From positions 48,050,001-48,114,000 of the forward strand of contig OX597835.1 in the NCBI GenBank assembly GCA_951406725.2: DNA of 64,000 bases. Direction: 5' to 3'. This document shows, piece by piece, positions 25,986-42,003 of this stretch (positions within the stretch are counted from its first letter, which is position 1; each line of letters opens with the position of its first letter). The position numbers were made by a program, and so were the translations under genes. The notes beneath the pieces were generated by a model. That model saw nothing but the letters and a program-made list of their open reading frames with translations. It ran no database searches and was not told where the DNA came from. This DNA is from Octopus vulgaris (Eukaryota).

Positions 25986-27729
25986 TGCAGAGTTCATTAG
26001 ATAATCGTTTATTCCTTCGTCATTTCATTTTCCTGAACACACACACACACACACACACACACAAATGCTCACATAAAATGTAGCCTGAACCCGCAAAGAA
26101 GGATGACATAGAGAAGGCCGGTAGACCTTAAAGAAGGTCTCTTCATTTTCTTTAGAGTAGAGTGAAGTCTAACAACCTAAACGATAAATCTGGCTGTCCT
26201 GACTCCTTGCATCATATTCTACAGGCGTTCCGCGGGGGAACATGAGCGACGATGATTTTCTGTGTAGAGAACTCCATGTTTTTGGTTGTCTTTATGACAG
26301 ATACCAGTTCCGTTTCAAAAATAAATAAACAAATAACAATGGTTGCCTTCCCCCCCCCCTCTTTATCAATGAAAAGAGGTAAATCGAGTTTGCATCCATA
26401 TGTTTGTTTCTTGACGATGTTGTTGGACAAGTTTATAAAAGTCTATAAATCATCGTACTTAGCAAAAAAAGTATTTCGTCTGCTTTGGCCAATGTTAGTT
26501 TATTTTGGAGATTGAATTCTATTGAGCCCTACATGAATCTAAGTCTCCCCGCTCTCTGTTACCATTGCTTAACAAAAGAAAAAGTCGTTGACTTGAGTCG
26601 ATATAAGTTGGAACCTCTGTTGTCGCACACGTTGCTGAGAAAATATGAAGCACCGAAGCAAATGGTACATAGAATCTTTCCGGCCAATCCGCCTCCCTGG
26701 ATATGTGTTTTAACTTGATCCATTTAAGAATTTTATCGGCCCCTTAATTATCAATATAAGTACCCCCACGGGGTAGCCTATCTTCTAGTAACGAGAAACA
26801 CTGCTCTAGGTGTCGAAGTGCAGTATTTTCAGGAGAAATTTCAATCTTTGAAGTAGAAGTCTGAATGCATAGCTTTGAGGGTAGGAGATAATGGTATGAA
26901 ATGGTACTGTTTCAGACGATATTTGTGCCCTGTGGGGTGACAACATCCAAGAGAAACCCACCCAATGTTCTAAACTTGCTTACTTGAGGAGTGGCGTCGA
27001 AAAAGAAATATAATATCCGGCTGATAAATCCTTCGCGAAGATCGCAGTGCCACCTATCTTTGGTAAGAAAGGCCAAGAATATTTTCGTTTCTTGGCGCCA
27101 GCGGACGATGTACTGGGATGAAAATGAGTAAATTTATGCAATTTCATTTCCGATGTAGCCCCCATGAACCTTTTAAGACTTCCAAGTAACAATGAAAGGG
27201 TAAAGGGATAGGGTAGAAATAACTGATGCCCTCGTATAAATTTACTGAAAGGTTCCATTCGGGATTTAGTCAGCGCCCAAGCCTTTGAGTAGAGTGCCAG
27301 TGGCCTTCAAAGACCAAAGCTAGTCCATCTATGTTTGTATGTTAGAACTACATCATTCTATTTGTCACTCTCTCTCTCTTTTTAAGACAGTGCGATTTAA
27401 TAAAATTTGATTGCTATATACAGCAGAAATTGTTAAAAGGTCCCCGCATTTCGATAAGTTTTTACAAAGCTGATAACGATGGGGAAACATAATCTGACTG
27501 ATAGGAAAAAAAGGAACTGAGTAAACCTGTGAGTAAAATGTGAAAGGGGAAAAAAGCCATCACCAGTTATACACAACGGTCCTGCTTTAATATAAAGACG
27601 CACTATGACACATACCCGTCCTTATCTTTACCCATCCACCCTGAATTTCCTGTCTCGCGAACTCCTTCACTCTCTCGCTCTCTCTCCAGCATTCACAGGA
27701 CTCAGGTTTAGGTTTAATTATTCGTTTGT

Positions 27730-28135
27730 TTATTTGTTTCAGTCATTAGACCACGGCCATGCTGGGGTACTGCCTTGGAAATTTTAGTCGAATGAATCGA
27801 GCCCTAAGCTTCTTTTTCAAACCTGGTACTTATTTTATCAGTCACTTCTGCATAGCCGCTAAGTTACGGGAATGCAAACAAACAATACCGGTTGTCAAGC
27901 GGTGGTGGTGGTGGGGGATACAAACACAGAAAGACACATACATAGATATACATTAATATTTATATATGGGAGGCTTCTTTCAGTTTCCCTTTACCAGATT
28001 CATTCACAAGGCTTTGGTCGGCCTGAAGGGTTGTAGCAGAGGACAGTTGCATAAGATGCGAATCAGTGGTACTGAACCTTGAACCATGTGGCTGGGAAAG
28101 AGCAAGCTTCTTACCACAGAACCACGCCAGCGCCT
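27730..28135 (-). mobile_element. SINE family A
   Basis: Reverse complement of both modules. Confidence 0.85.
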
Positions 28136-28287
28136 AACAACTCAGCCACGATGTGTGAGGAGTGTGTGTGTGTATATATATATATATGTTTATGCATACA
28201 TATATATGTTTAATTATTTTATATATATATGTATATATATATATATATATTTATAATTAAACATATATATATATGTATAAACATATA

Positions 28288-28678
<391 letters not shown>

Positions 28679-28703
28679 ATATATATATATATATATATAC
28701 ATA

Positions 28704-28911
28704 CAGTAAGCCCTCGCCATATCGCGGTTCACCTATCGTGATTTATTATTTAAGCTACCGTCGATTTTGCATTTATAATAAAATAAATATATACAAATTA
28801 TTAAAATAATTTTTAAAAATATACAGTACAGTACTGTTTCTACTTCGAGGATTTTCACCTATCGTAGGGTGGTTTTGGAAAGTAACACCCGCGATAGTCG
28901 AGGGATTACTG
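28704..28911. mobile_element. Tigger/pogo-type MITE (208 bp)
   Basis: TA|cagtaagccctcgccatatcgcgg ... ccgcgatagtcgagggattactg|TA: TIRs plus TA target duplication. Confidence 0.9.
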
Positions 28912-29192
28912 TATGTATGTATGTATGTATGTATGTATGTATGTATGTATGTATGTATGTATGTATGTATGCATGCACTACGTATTTGTGTGTATGTGAG
29001 TCAGTGTGTATCTGTATATATCTGCATTATATTACTCCGTGTTTGATATCGTGTTCTGTATGTTTCTGTTCAAATAATTCTATATCCACATTGGAGTATA
29101 ACATTGCAATATAGAACATGTTTCTCCTCTACCCAAACATGTACCCAGACATATTTCGCCTTATATATAGAGATACACACACACACACACAC

Positions 29193-29236
<44 letters not shown>

Positions 29237-29302
29237 ATAAATATATAGGTATGTATATATATATATATATAGGTATGTATGCATATATATATATATACAT
29301 AC

Positions 29303-29368
<66 letters not shown>

Positions 29369-29444
29369 ATGTATGTATATAGATAGAATAGAGGTCTAGT
29401 TTCAAATGAAATAATTCTTTATATTAATAAAATATTGACACAAT

Positions 29445-29570
29445 GTCCAGGGGTTTTGGAGGCGGGGGAAGAGGGCGGATAAGTCGATTACATCCACCCA
29501 GTGTTCAACTGCTACTTACTTTATCGACCAAAGACGACCACGGCGATATTTGAACTAAGAACGTAAAGAA
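29445..29570 (-). mobile_element. SINE family B fragment
   Basis: aagtcgattacatccaccccagtg..tacttactttatcgacc..tttgaactaagaacgt. Confidence 0.75.
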
Positions 29571-29892
29571 GAACATACATACATATATATATATAAATAT
29601 TTATATATATATATATATACATGCATATATATACATATGTATGTATAAAATATGTATGTATAAAACATATGTATGTATAAAATAGTGTACATTTAAACAC
29701 AAGAAAAACTGCCTCCAACAGACAATTTTACACGATAGAAGAAGTAGTCAAAACGACCAAAACCACATTTAAGAGCAATTTTTAAAGGGAATGAGACATA
29801 AAAACTTCCGGTCAAACGTAGGTTTCAATTTTTTTTAGCAAGTAAAATAATTTGCTAGGTGAAATTGTCATCAGTGACCGCATATATATATA

Positions 29893-30441
29893 TCAATATC
29901 TATAAATCTGAAATCGAAAAGTTTGTTTATCCGGTTTTGCCATTGGAACGGATTAAAGGGCACTACATCTCGTCGGATTCGCTCCAAAATTTACAGGGAC
30001 ATGTAAAAACAAGCGAGGATGTGAGTGGGCTAGGATAGAAATCCCTATCTCAAAAGGTTTGGTTACTAGGGCAAAAAAACACACTTTGACATATTTTTGT
30101 CGTTTCTCTCATTTTCTTATCTGCCTGTCTTCCTCCGTCTCTTTCTCTTTCCTCCCTTCCCTTCACTTTCTCTCTATTTAACGACGTTTGACAGTGTCTA
30201 CTATCTTTCCCCCGCCGCATCACCAGCGCTGTTACTCTTTCTACTCTATCCTCTCTCTCCTTCTCTCTTTACGTTTGTCTGCATTCATAGAGAGAATTAT
30301 TATCGCCACCAACACCACACAATCATGAGAACAAATATTATGAATCAGATATTTATTGGGTTAATTTATATATGTGTGTGTGTGTTCTATATATAAATAT
30401 AATGTATATATACAAAGTGCATATATTTGTATTTAAATATA

Positions 30442-30487
<46 letters not shown>

Positions 30488-30589
30488 GTATACATTTGTA
30501 TATATAATGCGTACATACATTTGTATATATAATGCGTACATACACACATATATATAATGCGTATATATGTAGATATATGTATTTAATGC

Positions 30590-30626
<37 letters not shown>

Positions 30627-31522
30627 GTGTGCATTATGTGGTCGGTTGAGCTGAAAATACGCACACCTATGTTAAAAGTGCTGACGAATTTGCATGGCAA
30701 CTATTTTTTCCCTCAAATGAAAGGCGTGACTTCTAGGACAAAATTCCTCATCTTATAAAATGTGGCCCGAGTAGACCCGAATGAAATCGGGTTATATTAA
30801 CCAAAATGTGAAAAGGGGTCTAAATGGGGCTGGAAGGGGATTAAAATTTACAGGAGCAGGTGTTTAGGAATTATCTGTTTCATCAAGCTAAAAAATTTGC
30901 GTCAGCATTTAAATCGTCAATGTGTTGCCGTCCATCATAAAGAAGTTTTGAATGCTTGCCATGGTGAGTCTACTGTCGTGAGAGAGAATCACTTCAAAAT
31001 TTGGAGTTTAGGAATTTTCTTTTACATCAAGTTCAAAATTTTGCGCCGGCCGTTAACCTGCCAATACGCTGCTGTCCGTCATTAAGAAATGCCAGCCATG
31101 GTGACTCTACTATCCTCAGATTCTATCCCTTCAAACTTTGGTTTCCAATATCTTATTATTTTTATTCAGCTCGCAAGTTCGTCTGTCCCTTTTAAATGTT
31201 TGTGTTTTGCTGTCCGCCTTGAAGCAGACCTTTCCGTTATCATTGCCTGATATTTATGATTAATCTTTCAAAATATTTTCTTTCTCAACTTAATCAAGAT
31301 ATTTTGTTGTTTGAAAATGGGGGAGAGATAGATAGAGAAAGACAGAGAGTAAGAGAAAGCGAGGGAGAGTCTGGGAGAAAGGAAGAGTAAGAGAGTAGGA
31401 AAGTGAGAGAGAAAGGAGAGAGAAACAAAAAGGGAGAATGTAGTGATAATAAACAGAAAGGAAGCAACAGAAAGTAACAACCACACTCTTAGCCGGGCGT
31501 AGAACGGGTCACCTTAAGCTAG
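29893..31522 (+). mobile_element. Probable non-autonomous Helitron
   Basis: A|TCaatatctataaa..gtttgtttatccg 5' end; subterminal ccgggcgtagaacggg hairpin then CTAG|T at 31519-31523; no TSD. That both ends belong to one element is inferred. Confidence 0.6.
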
Positions 31523-31536
31523 TATAAATATATATC

Positions 31537-31841
31537 ACCGTGATCACCGTGACTGACCAAGCTATCAGATGTTGCTACACATCGCTAGTCACAATGCGCT
31601 TTGCATTGATTTAGCCTTCAAATGATGCCACCCCGCTGGCTAAGCGAGCAGGCTAACAGAAGAACGTGTGAGAGAAAGTTGTGGCGAAAGAGTACTGCGG
31701 GGATCGCCACCACTCCCTGCCGGAGCCTCGTGGAGCTTTTAGGAGTTTTCGCTCAATAAAAACTCACAACGCCCGGTCTGGGAATCGAAACCGCGATCCT
31801 ATGACTGCTAGTCCGCTGCCCTAACCACTGGGCCATTGCGC
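31537..31841 (-). mobile_element. SINE family E (tRNA-derived), well preserved
   Basis: Minus strand: A box tggcccagtgg, B box ggtttcgattccc, unique body, short tandem tail (cacggtgat)x2. Confidence 0.85.
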
Positions 31842-31843
31842 AT

Positions 31844-31891
<48 letters not shown>

Positions 31892-31920
31892 GTATGTTTG
31901 TTTGTATGCATGTATGTATA

Positions 31921-32130
31921 TATTTGTGTGTGTTTGTCCTCCACCATTGCTTGACAACCGACGTTGGTGTGTTTACGTCCCCGTAACTTCGCGTATCGGC
32001 AAAAGAGGACCAATAGAATAAGTACTAGGCTTACAAAGAATAAGTCTTGGGGTCGATTTGTTCGAGTAAAGGGGGTGCTCCAGCATGGCCGCAGTCAAAT
32101 AGATGAAACCTTAAAAAGAATGAAAGAATA
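31921..32130 (+). mobile_element. SINE family A, 3' half
   Basis: ttgcttgacaaccg..ccccgtaactt..ccagcatggccgcagtcaaat. Confidence 0.88.
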
Positions 32131-33349
32131 AAATATAAAAAATTTTAGTTCCTTCCCTTTCTCTTTATACATACATACACACACAATTTTATATATGTAT
32201 ATAGATATGTATATATATATATATACATACAGGTATATACATACATGCATATATATGTATGTATATATATATATACTTCTTCTACATATGCATATTCACA
32301 TGTAGCCACAGGAGCATACGATAATATATATATATATATACTTACATATATATATGTGAGTATCTACACATATACACACGCACACATATACATCTATATG
32401 TATATATGCATAAATATACATATATATATGTATATACATACATATATATACATATATATATACATAAGGGTATATACATACATGCATATATATATATATG
32501 TATATATATACACAGATTGTCTACATATACATATACACATGCATCCACAGGAGTATATGATAATACATATATATGTCACTATCTACACACACACACACAC
32601 GTACACATATACATCTATATGCATATTTGTATATGATTATATATACATACATATGCATATGTAATTATGTATATAGATTAATAGATAAGTAGAGAATCAG
32701 ATATACTTTTTTATCTATGCGCGCGCGCGTACACACAGACACATACACACCTAGGCGTATATATATATATATAAATATATATATGTGCGTGTATAGAATA
32801 TGCATGTCAATATAAATTTAAATACCAATAACTATATGTATAGAAGCAGTATTTTCACATTCGAATGCTCATTTGTGTATATAACATAGCATTCCTGTAA
32901 CCGCACACGCATATAGATATACGTACGCACGCACACACACACATACACGTACAATCACACACACACGTATATGTGTATTCGCATATCAAATTAATTCCTG
33001 AAATTTAGTCATAATGAGAATGTTTTTTTGCAATAACTAAAACAATGTAACGTTAAATGACGAAGATTAATTGCAAGTTCGAATCTTATGTTTTATCAAA
33101 ATATTCCGTTTTTGTAGATTGATATTTTCTTCTCGTCAGTTTCGAAGGAACAAAATAATTCTGTATATTAAGTGATTTGGAAAGGAATATATTTAGGGAA
33201 ATGAATACGAGTGGCTGTATACATACGTACATACATACACATACAAATACATGCATGTATACATACATACATACATATAAGCATGCATACGTATGTATAT
33301 ATATTTCTTTATGTATCACTCTAACATTCTATCTATGTAACCCTACTCT

Positions 33350-33413
<64 letters not shown>

Positions 33414-33640
33414 CACCGGCATATATTTATATATATATATGTAAATATATATATATACACACACACGCACGCATATGTTTATGTATATATAATTACATAC
33501 AAATACACATACATACGTTTATATAAACTCATATAATATATATACATATATATATATATACACACTCACACAATCATACGATATATATATATATGTGTGT
33601 GTGTGTATGTGACTATATAATCATACCCGTATATGTCTGA

Positions 33641-33677
<37 letters not shown>

Positions 33678-33842
33678 CACACAATATATATATAAACGCA
33701 CACAACTCACACAATATATATATATATATATATATACTCAGACATATACGAGTATGATTATATACTCACATACACACATACGCATACACGTGCACGCACG
33801 TAAAACCTAAATGAATCCTAATTGCCATCAACGTCAAGATGA

Positions 33843-34120
<278 letters not shown>

Positions 34121-34235
34121 GTAGTATTTACTTGTTCTACCTCATCTACTCTTTCATTTTTCTCGTCGCCAAGATACCGATAATGAAAATGATGTTTTTA
34201 TATTTATGCATACGTGAAGGCGCATACCGACCAAG

Positions 34236-34625
<390 letters not shown>

Positions 34626-34639
34626 ACCTCATATGCATA

Positions 34640-34702
<63 letters not shown>

Positions 34703-34762
34703 GTATATGTATGTATATATATACATATATATATATATAAATATATATATATACATACATGA

Positions 34763-34811
<49 letters not shown>

Positions 34812-35268
34812 CATATATATATATATACATACATGAGTATATATATATACACACATATATATACCTATATATACATATATGTATATATATGAACATATTT
34901 ATATATATATATATAAACGAATTTATATATATGCATATACTCACACACACACATTAGCTTTAGACCATCGAGGCCGAAGCTGATAAAAGAGATTCTAATG
35001 CCAGTATAGTGAAGGTGAATCAAAAGAGGACGTTGAACTGAGGATGAATGTTATGATGAAACGTTTGTTAGAAGAATGTGCAAAGATTGTTCATGGAAGG
35101 GTTTCCAATGTTTAGATGGAAATATTATCGTTGAATAACAGTCGTCTCTTAAATCCTTAAATAGGTTTTCTCTATTACAAGAATTAAATAAGTTTAAAAT
35201 ACCAACTAAGCTTATCGGTATCTGTACTTATATCTCTATATGGGCAAATATCTTTTAATGAATGTATG

Positions 35269-35299
<31 letters not shown>

Positions 35300-35352
35300 G
35301 TGTGTATATATGTACGTATGTATGTATGTGTGTATGTATGTATGTATGTATC

Positions 35353-35410
<58 letters not shown>

Positions 35411-35454
35411 ACTATCTATCTATCTATCTGTCTATCTGTCTATCTATCTATCTA

Positions 35455-35511
<57 letters not shown>

Positions 35512-35768
35512 GCATGAGTATATGTTTATACATGTGGATGCATGTATATATGTATATGTAGAGGCATATGAGTGCATATGTAATATATATATATGTATAT
35601 ATATGTATGTATATATATATATGTATATATATGTATGTGTGTATATATATATATGTATATTTGCTTTTGTATATATATATATACATATATGCTTCTATCG
35701 GCCTCTTTATGTATTTATGAATGTGTGTGTGTGTGTGTATATATATATGTGTGTGTGTGTATATATGT

Positions 35769-35807
<39 letters not shown>

Positions 35808-36175
35808 CGTGTGCGTGTGTGTATAGTAAGAATATGTTGCTCCACTGTTCGTTTCTTCGTGAGCGCAGTTTCCGTACGGTTATCGTTAGATAAACAGACC
35901 CTACGTCAGTGTGGCGGAATTTTTTCATCTCTTGAAACTCAATGATAACTTATTCTCAACCCCATTAACAACGCGATATCTATTGTTGTGACGAGGATAC
36001 TATATACTCTTTGATTCCAAGAATACCCCGCTCTCCCAAATATTCTAATATATTTATGGTTTGGAAGGGAAACGTAGCACAGTAAATACTATATATATGT
36101 ATGTGAAGAAGTGCGTCTGCACACGTGTGTTGTTTGAGGTTTTAATATTTTGAGGTTGTTCCTGAGTCTGCATCG

Positions 36176-36237
<62 letters not shown>

Positions 36238-36329
36238 TTCATGTGTACGCGTATCTGCTTAAGCACAAACATATATATGTATACAATATCTAAATATATG
36301 TATATCTGTATTAAAAAAAAATTATATAT

Positions 36330-36379
<50 letters not shown>

Positions 36380-36391
36380 CTATATATACAC

Positions 36392-36437
<46 letters not shown>

Positions 36438-36519
36438 CTATATATATACATGTATATATATATATATATATATACATGTATATATATAGATACATGTATA
36501 TATATATATATATATATAC

Positions 36520-36585
<66 letters not shown>

Positions 36586-36593
36586 CTATATAT

Positions 36594-36637
<44 letters not shown>

Positions 36638-36640
<3 letters not shown>

Positions 36641-36880
36641 AGGGTAAGCACATAAATGCGAAACAAGATAGGAAAAATAGTACTCGAATACCAGAGGTAG
36701 AGTAATAAGGCTTTATTAAAAACCTGCAAAAATATCACAAAACCTGTTACTCAGAGTTTCACGTTCCTGTTCGTAGGACAGTTTTGTTTAAAATGTAAAC
36801 AAAAGAAAACTGTGCGACAAACAGGAAGAGAAAACTCTGAGTAACAGCTTTTGTGATATTTTTGTTGTTTTTTAATAAAG
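36638..36880. mobile_element. Fold-back Penelope-like mini-element with two inverted hammerhead motifs
   Basis: Arms 36711-36785 and 36806-36880. Minus copy reads ctgt-CCTACGA-ac(aggaac)gt-GAAA-ctc-t-gag-TA-acag; plus copy reads ctgt-GCGACAA..AAAA-ctc-t-gag-TA-acag. Flanked by TA tracts. Confidence 0.78.
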
Positions 36881-37429
36881 TATATATATATATATGATGT
36901 ATACGTATAAGTATACATAAATATATGTATAAATAAGTATGAATATACGATATGAATATACAAAATATTTTTACATATATGCATATATACATATGTATCT
37001 ATTTATCTATAAATATATATTTACGTTTATGTACATTCATGTATATATGTATGTATATATTTTAAGCATGTAAGTAAGCATGTGTCTGTATATATTCGCA
37101 CGTATGTGTGTTGCTTCTTATCTCCATAGCCTTTAGCAAGAATACAGACAAAAATTTCGAAGTACATAATCTCTTATATAGATCTGCGTTGCTGTTTGTC
37201 AAAAGAGATTTCTGTCTTTGGGCAGACTTGAAACACAGGAATATCAATGCCGAACTAATCACATCACACATATTATTCTTTATCTGTGTGTGTGTGTATG
37301 TATGTATGTATGTATGTATGTATGTATGTATGTATGTATGTATGTATGTGTGTGTGTGAGTATGTATGTATATATGTATATATATATATATATATGTATA
37401 TTATAATGTAATGTAATATTAATTGTATG

Positions 37430-37467
<38 letters not shown>

Positions 37468-37672
37468 CATTTGTGCATTCATACGCGTAAAACACATGCA
37501 TAGATATGTAGAAGTAAGTATGAATATATACAAACATAAATATATTTTACATATATGTATACTATATTTTATATATATACATATACATACATACATGTAC
37601 ACACACCCATATGTGTGTGTGTGTGTGTGTGTGTATTATATGTATATATGTACATATGTATATATGTATATA

Positions 37673-37737
<65 letters not shown>

Positions 37738-37936
37738 TTCAACTTAATTTAATATACGAGTTATTATCATGTGTGTTTCTCAACATACAACGCTGCTTAG
37801 TGCGGATACAACTACAAACTGAATGCGCTCACGCGTCGTCTGTACAACAATATGACTGTGATCTATAAAGTTATCTATGAATGCATGTATATATCTACAT
37901 ACCAACGAATCACATATGTGTATATGTATATATATT

Positions 37937-37982
<46 letters not shown>

Positions 37983-38183
37983 TATGCATGTATGTATATT
38001 TACATACATTTATCAACATATACTATGTAGATCTATATTTATATATATACACACTTCCAAATTTCTATTTATATACAAATACGCAAATACTTTTATGTAT
38101 ATATGCAAGCATACATACTTTCATAATACATACATACACACCTACATAATACATACATATATATATATGTATATATGTATATA

Positions 38184-38226
<43 letters not shown>

Positions 38227-38229
38227 ATA

Positions 38230-38277
<48 letters not shown>

Positions 38278-38350
38278 CATATATATATATATGCATATAT
38301 ATTTATGTATATATATACACACACGCACACACATATATATATAAATGTAG

Positions 38351-38431
<81 letters not shown>

Positions 38432-38686
38432 TATACATACACATATATATATACATATGCATATTTATATATATATTTAAGTGTTTCGTCACGTTTGAAA
38501 CGTAATTATAAATGTGCGACATATTGTAAAGTGAAGCAAAATATTGTTTATTGAAAACTACGTCTACTTCGTTAGTGGTTACTCGGAGCTGTCCACCCCA
38601 CGACATGAAACGGGAATACTATCAGGAACAACATTCTACGCACATTTTGTATATCAGTGTTTGCATGAAAAGGTGTGTGTGAGTGT

Positions 38687-38743
<57 letters not shown>

Positions 38744-38894
38744 TTGCGTGTGTTTACACGTGTGTGCTTCAGTGTAATTATTAATCAAATGTTAGTATAT
38801 GATCGAAGACCCGACAGTTTCTGGAATGAAAAATGATCAAAAAGCAGCATGATTGCCTTTCTAACTTCTGCCTGTCGATTAAAAATACTATACG

Positions 38895-38965
<71 letters not shown>

Positions 38966-39188
38966 AAAGCAAACATACTCACACACATACAGGTATACAC
39001 ACGCATATATAAGAACCTGTAATCCCGGGGCTTCCTGCGGAATTTATGATTTTAATATCTATACACACACGTTTATTTTATACATTTGAGTGTGTTTATG
39101 CATGTACTGTGTGTGTGTGCATGTGTACGTGTGTATAATACGGAGAGCATACATAATGGAATGTGTATATATATACATACATACATAT

Positions 39189-39409
39189 ACTCTTTACTCT
39201 TTTACTCTTTTACTTGTTTCAGTCATTTGACTGCGGCCATGCTGGAGCACCACCTTTAATCAAGCAACTCGAACCCGGGACTTATTCTTTGTAAGCCCAG
39301 TACTTATTCTATCGGTCTCTTTTGCCGAACCGCTAAGTGACGGAGACATAAACACACCAGCATCGGTTGTCAAACAATGCTAGGAGGACAAACACAGACA
39401 CACAAACAC

Positions 39410-39486
<77 letters not shown>

Positions 39487-39646
39487 TATATACATATATA
39501 CGACGGGCTTCTTTCAGTTTCCGTCTACCAAATCCCCTCACAAGGCTTTGATCGGCCCGAGGCTATAGCTGAAGGCACTTGCCCAAGGTGTCATGCAGTG
39601 GGACTGAACCCGGAACCATGTGGTTGGTAAGCAAGCTACTGCGCCT
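39189..39646 (-). mobile_element. SINE family A, well preserved
   Basis: (tactcttt)n tail, both modules, internal (CA)n(TA)n; deletion in the head. Confidence 0.92.
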
Positions 39647-39692
39647 ATATATACATATATATGTATATATGTATGAGAATATATATATATAA

Positions 39693-39726
<34 letters not shown>

Positions 39727-39861
39727 GCAGACAGACAGACATATATACGCTCAGTCACGTACATATTCAAGCACATACGCACACACAAACGTGTTGTCTA
39801 TATCTAACTATCTATCTATCTATCTATCTATATCTATCTATCGATCTATCTATCTATCTTA

Positions 39862-39948
<87 letters not shown>

Positions 39949-40049
39949 TTGAACCTGCTAAAATAGCCTGAAAACATTGTTCAACACTTTGACAATGAAG
40001 AAATGCAGAGTATTTTTAATGCCACTTTGGTCTCTAGTTTATTTATTCG

Positions 40050-40210
40050 TTTACTCTTCCAATCCTCGGTTTGCAACAACCCTGGGCCACTGCTTTCAAG
40101 ATTATTATATATCCAGTCGGTACCACTAGTGTCCACCGGTTTTTAAGACTGTTGTGTTTGTGAAACTGCTAATTACGTGGACGAAAACTAACCAGTACCG
40201 GTTGTCACGA
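40050..40210 (-). mobile_element. SINE family A, very old 3' half
   Basis: tgtgaaactgctaattacgtggacgaaaactaaccagtaccggttgtca. Confidence 0.5.
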
Positions 40211-40513
40211 AAGATGCAAATACGCGCGTACACACAATATCTCACACACCTACTCACCCGCATATCTGTCTGTCTGTCTGTCTGATTCCCTATCTATCTA
40301 TCAATCTATCTTTACACACACGTATATATACGTATATATACTTACGTACACTTACATATATGCATGTGTGTATGTGTGCATTTATATCTGTGTATATATA
40401 CACATATGCATATATATATATACATTTACAGACATATATATGTGTACGCGTATGTATATATATATATATATCATATATGTATATTTATATATATATGTGC
40501 ATATATATATATG

Positions 40514-40566
<53 letters not shown>

Positions 40567-40654
40567 ATAGTTTACGAAAAAAGCAAAAGACGAAGACAGG
40601 TGGTGTACAAAACAAACAGATGTATTAGTATGAAGTATATATATATATATATAT

Positions 40655-40692
<38 letters not shown>

Positions 40693-40921
40693 TGTGTGTG
40701 TGTGTATATACATATGTATATATGTATGTATGTATAGCACGCTGGACTTTCGTACGGTTGTAGGATTGCCGAATTCACTTGCAACGTATTTCTGGATACG
40801 ACCGGGTTGAGAGGCAGCGTAAAATATGCCCAATATGCAGCAAAATGGCAATGAACTCATTGTGTATACACACACACACATGCATAGATATATATGTATA
40901 TATTCCTTTCCTTTTCTTCAT

Positions 40922-41357
40922 CCTTTATTTGTTCTAGTCCTCTGACTGCGGCCATGCTGGATCACCTCCTTTGGTCGAGCAAATCGAGCCCAGGATTTAT
41001 TCTATGTAGGCCTAGTACTTATTGTATGTGTATATTTTGTCGAACCGCTATGTTACGGGTGCCTAAACACGCCAGTATCGGTTGTCAAGCGTTTGTGGGG
41101 GGACAAACACAGACACACAAACATACGCACGCACACACACACACGCATACACACACACGCACACACACACACATTTATACATATATATATATACGGCGGG
41201 CTTCTTTCAGTTTCTATCTGCCAAATCCACTGACAAGGCTTTGGTCGGCTCAAGACTATTGTAGAAAGCACTTATTCAAGAGGCCACGTTGTGGGACTGA
41301 ACCATGAACCATGTGGTTGGTAAGCAACCTACTTACCACCCAGCCACTCCTGTGCCT
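40922..41357 (-). mobile_element. SINE family A
   Basis: Reverse complement of both modules. Confidence 0.9.
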
Positions 41358-41379
41358 ATATATATAATATATATATATT

Positions 41380-41424
41380 TAAACTTTGGATTTAATTGTC
41401 CCTTAGAGGTATTAAACTTCTCTG

Positions 41425-41471
<47 letters not shown>

Positions 41472-41529
41472 TATATATATGTATATATATATATGCATAT
41501 ATACATATATATATACTTATATATACATG

Positions 41530-41569
<40 letters not shown>

Positions 41570-41614
41570 TTGGATTTAATTGTCCCTTAGAGGTATTAAA
41601 CTTCTCTGATACAT

Positions 41615-41659
<45 letters not shown>

Positions 41660-41718
41660 TATATATGTATATATATATATGCATATATACATATATATAC
41701 TTATATATACATGTATAC

Positions 41719-41720
<2 letters not shown>
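41380..41720. repeat. Tandem duplication of a unit of about 185 bp (unique 50-mer plus microsatellite)
   Basis: aaactttggatttaattgtcccttagaggtattaaacttctctgatacatac is identical at about 41381 and 41565. Confidence 0.92.
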
Positions 41721-41770
<50 letters not shown>

Positions 41771-41905
41771 TATATGTATATATATATGCATATATACATA
41801 TATATAATTATATATACATATATGTATATATATATATATATATACATATATATGTATATATATATATATATACATATATATGTATATACATATATATATA
41901 CAAAC

Positions 41906-42003
<98 letters not shown>

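Noticed and set aside
31770-31841. tRNA-like sequence with A and B boxes
   Set aside because: It runs into a SINE body and tail, with no clean cloverleaf or terminator. The same applies to the family A, B and D heads, so no tRNA gene is called.
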